A stretch of DNA of 64,000 nt from Candidatus Latescibacterota bacterium (GTDB lineage Bacteria; Latescibacterota; UBA2968; UBA8231): the NCBI GenBank assembly GCA_965215195.1, contig CBDCDC010000002.1, forward strand, positions 2,880,001 through 2,944,000, in the 5' to 3' direction. Below the pieces are notes generated by a model. That model was not told where the DNA came from. It saw only the letters and a program-made list of their open reading frames with translations, and made no database searches. Positions 37,104 to 46,100 of this stretch are shown piece by piece. Made by a program: the position numbers and the translations under genes. The first letter of the stretch is position 1, and every line of letters starts with the position of its first letter.

Positions 37104-38361
37104 GCTTGATCGGCTCCGCCCTTCTCAACGTCCCTCCATCCCGCACGGCCTCGTAAATCTGGGCGAACTCGCGGCTGCCGTCGTCTTCGACCGGGAGGCA
37201 TTCGGACCCGCTTTCGCAGATGGGCATGGCGTCGCCGGGATACTCGCTGTGGAGGGCCTGCTTGGAGCAGCCATAGTAGGTGACTTCGCCGTTGGCGCGG
37301 GCGTAGCGATAGACGTGGCGGGGCGGCTCGACCCAACTGTAATCCACCCGATATTGCTCTATGGCCTGAAGGTCGATCTCGACGCCGAGGCCGGGCTGTT
37401 CCGGGACTCGGTAATAGCCGCCGCGTAGCTGGATCGGGTCGGCCAACAGTTGGCTTTCCCAGATGTTCATGCAGGTAATGGCCGGCCACTTGCTCTGGGG
37501 ACAGACCGCGCCCAAGTGGGCCGCCCACGTGGTGGTGATGCCCGTGCCGACGAGCTGGAGCCAGAAGGGCTTGTTGGCCACGTCTGCGACAGCGGATTGC
37601 TGGGCGATGCCGTGGGCCCCAGCGCAGACGACAAAGCCGTCGGCCACGTCCTCTTGCAGGGTGGTGAGAATGGGCGGCGAGCCGTAGTGCATGGCCAGCG
37701 GGCGGCGGATGTGGTTGCGGATTTGGGCGTTGCCAGCCACATCGGCTTGGGGGATTGGCGTCTCAATCATGGCCACCTGCGGGTATTGCTCCAAGGTCGC
37801 CAAAAACTCGACCGCGCTGGCGGCGTTGGCGAGCGTGCCGTTGAAGTCCAAGTCGAGCTTGAACTGCGGGGGAACGGCCTCGACGATGGCTTGGATGCAG
37901 GCGTGTAAGTCGTACCAAGTCCGCGCCTTGAGCTTGGCGGTGGTATAGCCCTCGGCGACGGCGTCAGCGCACTGGCGCGCCCAGTCTGCGGCCGGCATGT
38001 CCATCGCCCACCACGACAGCGGGCACCACGTGCGGACCTTGGTGCCCAACAGGCGATAAGCCGGGGTGCCGAGGACTTTTCCAACCGCGTCGAAGAGTGC
38101 CTGCTGGACCCCAGCGCCCAGCGCATCTTGCCACAGCAGATCGCCGACCGCGCGGCCGACGATGCGGTCTTCGATGTCTTCAGGGACTTTGGCCCACGTG
38201 TAATTGGGGATGGTTTCGCCCCAGCCTGTGGTGCCGTCGGCGAGGGTGATTTTGCAGAGTTGGACGATGCGCCAATGCGGCAGCCAGTATTTCATGTGCT
38301 GATTGGTGTGGGCGGTAAACGGAACGTCCAAGTGGATGAGTTCGACGGATTGGACTTGCAT
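37096..38361 (-). CDS. Enolase-superfamily (mandelate racemase/muconate lactonizing) enzyme
   Basis: GTTGWGE, ALFDAVGK, AKLKAR, LDFN, IETP, VPEQPGLGVEID. Confidence 0.88.
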   Translation of the reverse strand: MQVQSVELIHLDVPFTAHTNQHMKYWLPHWRIVQLCKITLADGTTGWGETIPNYTWAKVPEDIEDRIVGRAVGDLLWQDALGAGVQQALFDAVGKVLGTPAYRLLGTKVRTWCPLSWWAMDMPAADWARQCADAVAEGYTTAKLKARTWYDLHACIQAIVEAVPPQFKLDLDFNGTLANAASAVEFLATLEQYPQVAMIETPIPQADVAGNAQIRNHIRRPLAMHYGSPPILTTLQEDVADGFVVCAGAHGIAQQSAVADVANKPFWLQLVGTGITTTWAAHLGAVCPQSKWPAITCMNIWESQLLADPIQLRGGYYRVPEQPGLGVEIDLQAIEQYRVDYSWVEPPRHVYRYARANGEVTYYGCSKQALHSEYPGDAMPICESGSECLPVEDDGSREFAQIYEAVRDGGTLRRAEPIKHE

Positions 38362-38454
38362 TGGGGGCTCCTTTTGGAAGCAGTGGAATGGGCTAGATAC
38401 GGCGGGTTTGGGTGGGTGTCAATAGGAATTAGAAGCGGTTTTACGATTCCTGCT

Positions 38455-38480
38455 GGGAGCACGGGCGTCCCGCCCGCGTC
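38455..38480. repeat. REP-like element
   Basis: gggagcacgggcgtcccgcccgcg GC hairpin at the left edge of the R-M relic. Confidence 0.5.
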
Positions 38481-39950
38481 GTGGCGCGTCGGGTTTTGCT
38501 CAGTTGTTTTTCGCATCGTTCACTCGGCCATAAAGCATACGATACCGGCGATGAATGGGGGCTGAACGCTAAAAGGGCCATTGAGGGCATAAAGCCAGCT
38601 TGCGCGGTACTGCGCTTCGGCGACCTCGCAAACCGCCCGCTCAACTGGCCCGACTTAATGCGCCAGTCGCCGGAAGAGTTGTCCCTGCGTCGCGAGCCAT
38701 TCAGCTTGCGGCATCACCAGCGGGATGCGTTTGACGACGTGCTACAAGGATTCGCCGAGTACGATCGCGGCAAGCTCATCATGGCATGTGGCACGGGCAA
38801 AACGTTCGCCGCGCTCCGTATAGCCGAAGCGGTCGCCGGAAGCGGCGGACGGGTGCTCTACTTGGTGCCGTCCATCTCGCTGTTCCAGCAATCCATGCGC
38901 GAATGGGCCGAGCAAAAGAAGGTCCCGCACCGCTACATCGGTATCTGTTCCGACACCCGTGCTGGACGCAACGACGAGGATGCCTCGCTACAGGAACTCG
39001 AGATTCCGGTTACCACCGATCCGGCGGCGATCACAGATGCCTTGCAGGATGTGCCGCCGGACGCGCTGACAGTCGTGTTCTGCACCTATCACTCGCTGGG
39101 CCTTGTCGAGCAGGCGCAAGACGCTGGCGCACCGCACTTTGATCTCGTGCTCTGCGACGAAGCGCACCGCACCACAGGCATTGAGCGTCCCGGCGACAAC
39201 ACCTCGCCGTTTGTGCTGGTGCATGACGCAGAGCGAATCCGCGCCGATAAGCGCCTATACATGACTGCCACGCCGCGTCTCTATACCGAAGGGGCGAAAA
39301 GCAAAGCGGCGCGACACGACATCGAAGTGTTTTCCATGGACGACGCGGCGGTCTATGGTCCCGAGTTCCATCGCTTGCCGTTTTCGCGGACCGTAGAGCA
39401 GGACTTGCTGTCGGACTACAAGATCGTGGTCCTCGCTATCTCCGAGAGCCAAGTCGATGCGGTATTGCAAGCACATTTGGCGGCGGAAGATAGCGAAATA
39501 AACCTCGGCGATGCGGCGAAAATAGTCGGCTGCTGGCGTGCGTTGCAAAACCCGGAAAACCGCAAGCCGAGTGACGGGCTTTTTAGCGGCTATGGCAGCG
39601 GCGAGCCGCAGCAGGAGCACTACCAAATCGGTACGCGCAAGATGCGGTTTGCCGACGAGGCCAAGACCACGATCATCGTCAACGATCACATGCGCCTTGC
39701 GGGTATTCCAGCAACGGCGCACGAATACGTGGTGAATGGACGTACGCCGCTGGAGTGGTTCATCGACCGCTACCGGATCACCCAAGGTAAGGAGAGCGGC
39801 ATCGTCAACGATCCCAACGGCTGGTTCGATGACCCACGTGATCTGGTCACCGCGTTCCGCCGAATTGTGCATTTGAGCGTGGAGACGGTGCGGATTGTCA
39901 ATGAGTTGCCCGAACCGTTTCAAGCCGAATCGGACGAATCGCTAGGGTGA
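38481..39950 (+). pseudogene. Eroded type ISP (LlaBIII-like) restriction-modification gene
   Basis: MACGTGKT, DEAHRTTG, MTATPR joined in frame near 39575 to C-terminal YVVNGRTPLEW.IDRY...SGIVNDPN; N-terminal nuclease, second helicase domain and MTase missing; no convincing start. Confidence 0.82.
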
Positions 39951-40003
39951 ATGAGCCGCTTCGCAGGGCTATCGGGGACCTTTGGCGTTAGCGATATTCA
40001 CGC

Positions 40004-40456
40004 TCATGGGTTCTGTGAGCCGCGCGAGGGATCGGATCCTGAATTTTGAGAAGGCTGCCCAATCTCTTCATTAGATTTGTAAAAGTACCGAGCGACAACT
40101 AAGAAGAGGCCCAAAACATTGATCGTTGTCCCAGTGAGTATCGTGATCAATACTTGATCAGGCAAAGAAAAGGAGATTAAAAAATAATCCTTGGAAAGAA
40201 ATGGTACGTCGAGAGTAACTCCTTGGCATATAATGAGTATCCCGATTCCTATCAAACACCATTTTATGAGAAGATACAGTTTATTAGCATATTCTCTCCT
40301 AGCATTTATATCTTGCCTAAAATTAAGAAGTTTGAGTTTCTCACGTTCCTTATTAATAGACTTAATATGTTCTTCTAAAGTATGTTCATCATCCCCTTCA
40401 GAGGGCGAAGGAGGTGGAATGTCCTTGTAACCGCCCGTACTTCCTCCGGCACTCAT
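40004..40456 (-). CDS. Two-TM hypothetical protein, candidate toxin partner of the Panacea gene
   Basis: ATGA overlap with the DUF4065 stop; RREYANKLY, VLITILTGTTINVLGLFLVVARY; AT-rich. Confidence 0.65.
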   Translation of the reverse strand: MSAGGSTGGYKDIPPPSPSEGDDEHTLEEHIKSINKEREKLKLLNFRQDINARREYANKLYLLIKWCLIGIGILIICQGVTLDVPFLSKDYFLISFSLPDQVLITILTGTTINVLGLFLVVARYFYKSNEEIGQPSQNSGSDPSRGSQNP

Positions 40457-40953
40457 GAGATCTGATCCCTATAGTATTTTTTTATAATCCCATTATCAAT
40501 ATCAGCGTTTCTAATGTTCCCACTTCTATCCCGCGTTTGCTTCCACGGAGAGTCTACTTTATGAGTCAGATTAATTAATTGACCACCAGTCAGCTCTTTG
40601 TGAAGTTTCCATATATGGTTGAGAAACTCTTGAGTTTCAGTGTCGTTTCTTTTGATAGAAGGAGTCGAAGTGCTCCATTTTTCTAGGAAATCAATATAGT
40701 ATGGTTCCGTTGCCAACCTCTTGATTGGATCTGCACCAAACTCCTTAAATTCGTAATATAGCGAAGGAAAGACCGGCCCATATTCCCACGCTTCGGCATA
40801 TTCGTCATCAATAAGAGGTTCTTCATAAATAGCTAAATGCCAGCCGTGAGCAATATAGACCAATTTTTGAATCTGCAAGGGAGAAAGCTCAATGCCTTCT
40901 TTGCCGGCGAGATCTAAAAAGTAGTTAGCAACCTCTTTTGCCGAGTATCCCAT
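40453..40953 (-). CDS. Panacea/SocA (DUF4065) antitoxin-domain protein
   Basis: VANYFL...LQIQKLVYIAHGW...EAWEYGPV...LTH...PW; AGGAG RBS. Confidence 0.9.
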   Translation of the reverse strand: MGYSAKEVANYFLDLAGKEGIELSPLQIQKLVYIAHGWHLAIYEEPLIDDEYAEAWEYGPVFPSLYYEFKEFGADPIKRLATEPYYIDFLEKWSTSTPSIKRNDTETQEFLNHIWKLHKELTGGQLINLTHKVDSPWKQTRDRSGNIRNADIDNGIIKKYYRDQIS

Positions 40954-41089
40954 GCTATTCTCCTATACGGGTGGCTATGATACTGAACAAATGAACACTA
41001 TTTATCAGTGTCAAGGCAAATTTTATCTATATAAAGCAATTATCTTGCTAGAACAAGAAAATTACTGACTTCTTACTGATCGTACTCTA

Positions 41090-43195
41090 ATGGAAATTCG
41101 CCAATTCGCCGAGCAGGTGCTCTTTGGGACGCGCTGGGAGGACAAGCTCGTCGCCCTCGATCGCTACGAGGACCGTGCGCCCGGTGCGGGGATTGAGACC
41201 CCGAGTGCCCCGGGCCGCCCGCCCGGCTTGGGGTTGGACGAGTGGCACCAGCGGGAAAAGGTCCGCTTCCGCGACGTGCGCCACTTCCACAGCGAAAAAG
41301 AGCGCGGGCTGGTCTTGCACTTTTTTGCCAACCACGAGTTGCTCGCCTTGGAGCTGATGGCACTGGCCCTGCTCAAATTTCCGCAGGCCCCGGAGAAGTT
41401 TCGCCGCGGCTTGGTGCAGACGCTCAAAGACGAGCAGGAGCACGTGCGGCTCTACCAGCAGCGAATGCAGGCGATTGGGGTGCAGTTTGGCGAGATCCCG
41501 GTCGGCGACTTTTTCTGGAAGGCCATCGGGCCGATGCAGACCCCGATGGACTTTGTAACGGGCTTGAGCCTGACTCTCGAACAAGCCAATCTCGACTATG
41601 CGCGGCACTATGCCGAGGTCTATCGGCAGTTGGACGACCCGGAGACTGCGGCGATTCTGGAGCGGATCTACCGCGACGAAATCGGCCACGTCAAACACGG
41701 GCTGACGTGGTTTAGGCACTGGCAGGAGGCCGGGTTGAGCGAATGGGAAGCCTATGGCCGGGCCCTGCGCTTTCCGCTGGGCCCGGCGCGGGCCAAGGGC
41801 ATTGGCTTCAATCGCGCTGGTCGCCTTCAGGCCGGGCTTTCTGCGGACTATATCGACGAGTTAGAGCTTTTTTCGCAGTCGCGGGGACGCTGCCCGGCCG
41901 TGTACTGGTTCAACGCCAACTGCGAGGAGCAGGTGGCCTTGGGGCGGCCGGGTGTTACGCCGCCGCGGCCGGTGGCCGAGCTGGAGGCCGACTTCCAAGC
42001 ACTGCCCATGCTGCTGTGTGCCCGCGACGACGTAGTGCTCCTGCGCGAGAAGCCTTCGCCGGCTTTTTTGCGGCGGATGCAGGAGTTGGGTTTTGCGATC
42101 CCGGAGTTCGTCGAGTGCAGCGCGGATGGCCTCGCGGCGCTTGCCGAGCGCAAGGTCAACGCGCTCAGACCTTGGGGCTGGAGTCCAGACAGCGCTCAGT
42201 TGTTTGCGCCGTTGGTCGCGGGCTTGCCTCGCGGCGGGGAAGGGCCTTGCTGGAGCGCGGCGATTCGGCGGCTCTACGCCAAGTCGTGGAGCGCGGCGCG
42301 GCTGGGCGAATTCCTCGCGGCGCAGGAGGCCGACTATCTCTGTGGGGCGGATGTAGTAGGTACGGTCTGTGCGACGACAGACCAAACCTTGGCGCAGATA
42401 GGGCACTTGGCCGCGGCGGGTTTTGACGCGGTGGTCGTCAAGGCTATCTACGGCTCTTCGGGTCGCGGCCAAATCCACTGCCGTGGGGGACCACTGCGTA
42501 CGGCACAGCGCGGCTGGTTGGAGAACATTTTGCGACAGCAGGGCCAAGTCGTAGTAGAGCCGTGGCTCGACAAGGTAGTGGATCTGTCGCTGCACTTCGA
42601 CGTAGGGGCCGAGGGTGCGGCCGGGGCCGGCTGGACGCGGTTTCTCACGGCTGGGCGCGGGCAGTATCGCGGCGCGTTCGTTGGCTCGCTCACCGCCGGC
42701 CTCGACGAGGAGGTGAAGCGATTTCTCTACGGCGATGGCCGCGATGCACGCCGCTTGCCGCGGTTGGGCGAGCAGCTCGCCGAATGGCTCGCCGGCCCGA
42801 TGTGTGCTGCTGGCTATCGGGGGCCGGTCGGCGTGGATGCCATGGTGTACCGCGACCGCGACCGACTGCGGCTAAAGCCGATTGTGGAGATCAATCCGCG
42901 CACGACAATGGGGCGGGTGGCGCTCAAGTTGCAACAGGCGGTTAATTCGGCGCACACGGCCTTGTGGCTGGTGATTAGCCGGCGCGAGGTAACGGCGGCT
43001 GGTTTTGCCGACTTGGCTGAATGTGCCGCTGCGCTGGAGAGGACGCATCCGGCCCGGCTGATGCCTGACGGCCAGCAGTTGAGCGGTGGGGTGCTTTTTA
43101 CGACCGATCCGGCTCAGGCCCGTTCTTTCGCTACCGTGCTGCTGGTCGGGGAATCGCTGGACGAGTGTGAGGGCTATCTGCGGGATTTGGCTTAG
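41090..43195 (+). CDS. DUF455 ferritin-like diiron domain fused to an ATP-grasp-like domain
   Basis: FANHELLALE, DEQEH, LEQANLD, DEIGH; then VVKAIYGSSGRG, VVEPW, GPVGVD, IVEINPR. Confidence 0.8.
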   Translation: MEIRQFAEQVLFGTRWEDKLVALDRYEDRAPGAGIETPSAPGRPPGLGLDEWHQREKVRFRDVRHFHSEKERGLVLHFFANHELLALELMALALLKFPQAPEKFRRGLVQTLKDEQEHVRLYQQRMQAIGVQFGEIPVGDFFWKAIGPMQTPMDFVTGLSLTLEQANLDYARHYAEVYRQLDDPETAAILERIYRDEIGHVKHGLTWFRHWQEAGLSEWEAYGRALRFPLGPARAKGIGFNRAGRLQAGLSADYIDELELFSQSRGRCPAVYWFNANCEEQVALGRPGVTPPRPVAELEADFQALPMLLCARDDVVLLREKPSPAFLRRMQELGFAIPEFVECSADGLAALAERKVNALRPWGWSPDSAQLFAPLVAGLPRGGEGPCWSAAIRRLYAKSWSAARLGEFLAAQEADYLCGADVVGTVCATTDQTLAQIGHLAAAGFDAVVVKAIYGSSGRGQIHCRGGPLRTAQRGWLENILRQQGQVVVEPWLDKVVDLSLHFDVGAEGAAGAGWTRFLTAGRGQYRGAFVGSLTAGLDEEVKRFLYGDGRDARRLPRLGEQLAEWLAGPMCAAGYRGPVGVDAMVYRDRDRLRLKPIVEINPRTTMGRVALKLQQAVNSAHTALWLVISRREVTAAGFADLAECAAALERTHPARLMPDGQQLSGGVLFTTDPAQARSFATVLLVGESLDECEGYLRDLA

Positions 43196-43226
43196 CCGGC
43201 CTTCACCGGGCGGTCATCTCATCCAT
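43044..43226 (+). repeat. 183-bp direct repeat; second copy 44376-44558
   Basis: DUF455 3' end plus the last codons of the Rpn gene; 3 mismatches. Confidence 0.95.
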
Positions 43227-43496
43227 CAAGCGCGTGAACTCGGCGAGGTCCGCCACCTGTATGGCGGCGCGCAGCAAGGCTTGGAGTTGCTCCACCGCTT
43301 CGATGCCAGCCAAGCGACCCGACAACGCCCGGGCTAAATCCGCATCAAACCGAATCGCCAAGGCTTCTTGGATGCTTTGCCGAAGCCCAGCACGCCCTTG
43401 CTCAATGCCTTGCTCAATGCCTTGCTCAATGCCTTCTTCACGACCCTGCGCCAACGCTCGCTTGCGCAAAGACTCAAGTAACGGAAACTCAGTCAT
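43203..43496 (-). CDS. Putative intragenic small protein (Rpn-S-like, 97 aa)
   Basis: In-frame internal ATG preceded by GGAGGAG (tcggaggagattATG), just before the GIEQ repeats. Confidence 0.6.
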   Translation of the reverse strand: MTEFPLLESLRKRALAQGREEGIEQGIEQGIEQGRAGLRQSIQEALAIRFDADLARALSGRLAGIEAVEQLQALLRAAIQVADLAEFTRLMDEMTAR

Positions 43497-44132
43497 AATC
43501 TCCTCCGAAATAAGAGAAAAAATGGTCAATTCCTCGCACACCAACGAACTCAACACCCCCATGTGCGCCAACACACTATGCTTGACGGCACGAGATACAG
43601 CTAACTCCTCGGTCGTCTCCACACACCGACGCAACCAAGCCTCCACATCCATCCCCTCAGGACGACCCATCAGCGGCGTGAACGGCAGCACCCCCACAGA
43701 ACCCGACGCCAAATGCGCCAGCCCATCCAACGCGGTCAGACGGATCACCTTGTAGCGCAGCACCACCTCATAGCCGGCGGCCTCTTGGAGGTATTGCCCC
43801 GGATCGCGACGACCCGCGTCGGGACGCAAGTAGATTACGTGCGAAAACAGGGGCAAGCCATACTCGGCAAGGCAGCGTCCCATGTACCGAGCCATCCGCA
43901 GCGGCATGGGCACGGCCGTGCTATCCGTGGTCTGAAACTCGCAGTGGACTAACGCCTTCTGGCCGTTGAGCCGCACCCGCAGCAGACTGTCCATCGCCTG
44001 CGTCTCCACGATGGGCTGCTCCGGGTTGAGCAGTTCCAGCATCTGCCCCTGTGAATGCCCGAGCAGAAAGGCCAAAAAGTCTTGCGGATAGGTGCTGATT
44101 AGGGACTTGGAAACAGTGTCAAAAGCGGCCAT
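43203..44132 (-). CDS. Rpn/YhgA-like PD-(D/E)XK nuclease
   Basis: FDTVSKSL, MDSLL...HCEFQT, PLRMARY, VIYL, GREEGIEQGIEQGIEQGR tail. Confidence 0.88.
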   Translation of the reverse strand: MAAFDTVSKSLISTYPQDFLAFLLGHSQGQMLELLNPEQPIVETQAMDSLLRVRLNGQKALVHCEFQTTDSTAVPMPLRMARYMGRCLAEYGLPLFSHVIYLRPDAGRRDPGQYLQEAAGYEVVLRYKVIRLTALDGLAHLASGSVGVLPFTPLMGRPEGMDVEAWLRRCVETTEELAVSRAVKHSVLAHMGVLSSLVCEELTIFSLISEEIMTEFPLLESLRKRALAQGREEGIEQGIEQGIEQGRAGLRQSIQEALAIRFDADLARALSGRLAGIEAVEQLQALLRAAIQVADLAEFTRLMDEMTAR

Positions 44133-44570
44133 CCGAGCCTTTCTGCTAAGCGTTGACGCGATGGGGAGAATATACCCGATTGGGATACAAATACAAATAT
44201 AGCTTTTTTGAATTCAACCGCTTCTTAGAGGCGTCTTAAAGTCCCTGTTGGGTCGCCTCAAGGTTACAAGGCGAAAACGCCTCGGATACCGGAGGTGGCG
44301 CATTGCTCGCCGAAAATTTCCACCTGCCTTCGGCCCGCGCCGGTCCAGTCCCACTGTGTGCCCAAGCGCAGACGCCGCATCCGGCCCGGCTGATGCCTGA
44401 CGGCCAGCAGTTGAGCGGTGGGGTGCTTTTTACGACCGATCCGGCTCAGGCCCGTTCTTTCGCTACCGTGCTGCTGGTCGGGGAATCGCTGGACGAGGGC
44501 GAGGGCTATCTGCGAGATTTGGCTTAGCCGGCCTTCACCGGGCGGTCATCTCATCCATAGCCGACAAAAA

Positions 44571-44981
44571 TCAGCGATTCGCCAACAGCTCCTCTATCTC
44601 AGGCGGAAAGCCGCGCTGCCCGTCGCGGTTGAGGCTGGTGCCAGTGAGGCGGCCGTGCAGCACATGCGCGCGGTCGGCTTCTCTGAAGATGTCTTGGACA
44701 AAGCAAAAGCGCAGGCGGCTCTCCCGCTCCAAGCGCAACTCAACCGTGAAGCGGTCGCCGCTTCTGAGGGGGGCCTTGTAGTCGATTTCAGCGCGAGTGA
44801 GGACCAAGTCGTGGCCCTGTTGGTGGAAGCGGGCAAAGCTGAGGCCGAGGCTTTGCAAATACTGGTGGCGGGCGTGTTCGAGGTAGTTCTGGTACACGGC
44901 GTTGTTGACGACGCCTTGAAGGTCGCACTCGTAGTCGCGGACGGCTAGGGTGAGCGCGAAGTCGGGAGGCTGTGCTGGCAT
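44571..44981 (-). CDS. YbgC/FadM-family acyl-CoA thioesterase
   Basis: VRDYECDLQGVVNNAVYQNYLEHAR, IDYKAPLRSGD. Confidence 0.9.
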   Translation of the reverse strand: MPAQPPDFALTLAVRDYECDLQGVVNNAVYQNYLEHARHQYLQSLGLSFARFHQQGHDLVLTRAEIDYKAPLRSGDRFTVELRLERESRLRFCFVQDIFREADRAHVLHGRLTGTSLNRDGQRGFPPEIEELLANR

Positions 44982-45071
44982 GTTCTATCGTCCTATGGAC
45001 AAGAGCGACACTGCTGCTTGTTGGGTTGGGGGGACTTGGCTATTTTGTGCCCCACAAAAGGAGGGCGAGCC

Positions 45072-46034
45072 ATGCTAAAAATATCCGCTTGGCACGGCGA
45101 TTTGTCGGAATCGTACCTGCGCTACGTCACCCAACTCGGAGTCGATTGCTTGGACTTTGGCGCGGGCGACTACTTCCCCGGGGTCAAAGAGCAGGGCTAT
45201 CCCGACTTGGACGCCGTGATAAAAATAAGAAAGAAAATCCGTTCTTGGGGCTTGGACATCAATCGCGTGACCCTGCCGGACATAACCGAAAAGTTCATGT
45301 CCGGGCAGAGCGGCTGCGAGGAGGAACTGGAAAACACGGCCGCGGCGCTGGAGGTTTTTGCCGCGGCCGGAGTGCCCATTGCGCGGCAGCGATTTCACGG
45401 CGATGTGTTCCCTTGGATGCTCCACCGCTGGAACTCGCCGCGGCGCGGCGGCTACCACTACCGGGCCGAGAGCCGCGGCTTGGCCGAGAGTGATGAGGGG
45501 CCGCCTTCGCCCGAGGCGTTGGACACGTGGTGGGCGCGCTTTTGCACGGTGTACGAGCGCTTGGTACCCATTGCCGAAGACCGCGATATCAAGCTGGCGA
45601 TCCACCCGTCGGACTCGCCGCTGCCGGATACGCCGCTGGGCGGCTTGGGTTTTCCCAAGGTCATCGACGCCTTTCCGAGTCGCCAGGTCGGGTACCTCTA
45701 CTGCTGCGGCACCCGCGCCGAGGCCGGGGGCTTGCCCTTAGTGCTCGACGAGGTCCACAACTACGGGCGCAAGGGCCGGATTTTCATGGTGCATCTGCGC
45801 AATGTGCGCGGGAGCTTGGCCACGGCCGGAGGATTTGAGGAGACTCTGCTCGACGATGGCGACATGAATATGGCCAAAATCCTGCTGGAGTTGCACCGGG
45901 TGGGTTTCGACGGGTGCATCAACCCGGACCACATTCCAGCGCTAGAAGGGGACGCGGGGGCCTTGACGCGGGGGTTGGCGTACTCGGTGGGGTACATCAA
46001 GGCGTTGTTCGCCATGTTGGCGGCGATCAAGTAG
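45072..46034 (+). CDS. Mannonate dehydratase (UxuA)-like TIM-barrel enzyme
   Basis: LVPIAE..DIKLAIHPSD, VHLRNVRG, FEET..DDGDMNM, PDHIP, AYSVGYIK; AGGAGG RBS. Confidence 0.82.
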   Translation: MLKISAWHGDLSESYLRYVTQLGVDCLDFGAGDYFPGVKEQGYPDLDAVIKIRKKIRSWGLDINRVTLPDITEKFMSGQSGCEEELENTAAALEVFAAAGVPIARQRFHGDVFPWMLHRWNSPRRGGYHYRAESRGLAESDEGPPSPEALDTWWARFCTVYERLVPIAEDRDIKLAIHPSDSPLPDTPLGGLGFPKVIDAFPSRQVGYLYCCGTRAEAGGLPLVLDEVHNYGRKGRIFMVHLRNVRGSLATAGGFEETLLDDGDMNMAKILLELHRVGFDGCINPDHIPALEGDAGALTRGLAYSVGYIKALFAMLAAIK

Positions 46035-46100
46035 TGGTTAGTCCCCGCACGACACAGGGCACTAATTCGCCTAAAGTCGGCAGTCTGCAAGGAGTTTGCT

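Noticed and set aside
40975-41020. TTGACA upstream of the Panacea gene as a promoter
   Set aside because: No acceptable -10 at 16-18 nt spacing
44303-44527. 74-aa ORF as a gene
   Set aside because: Duplicated 3' end of the DUF455 gene without a credible start
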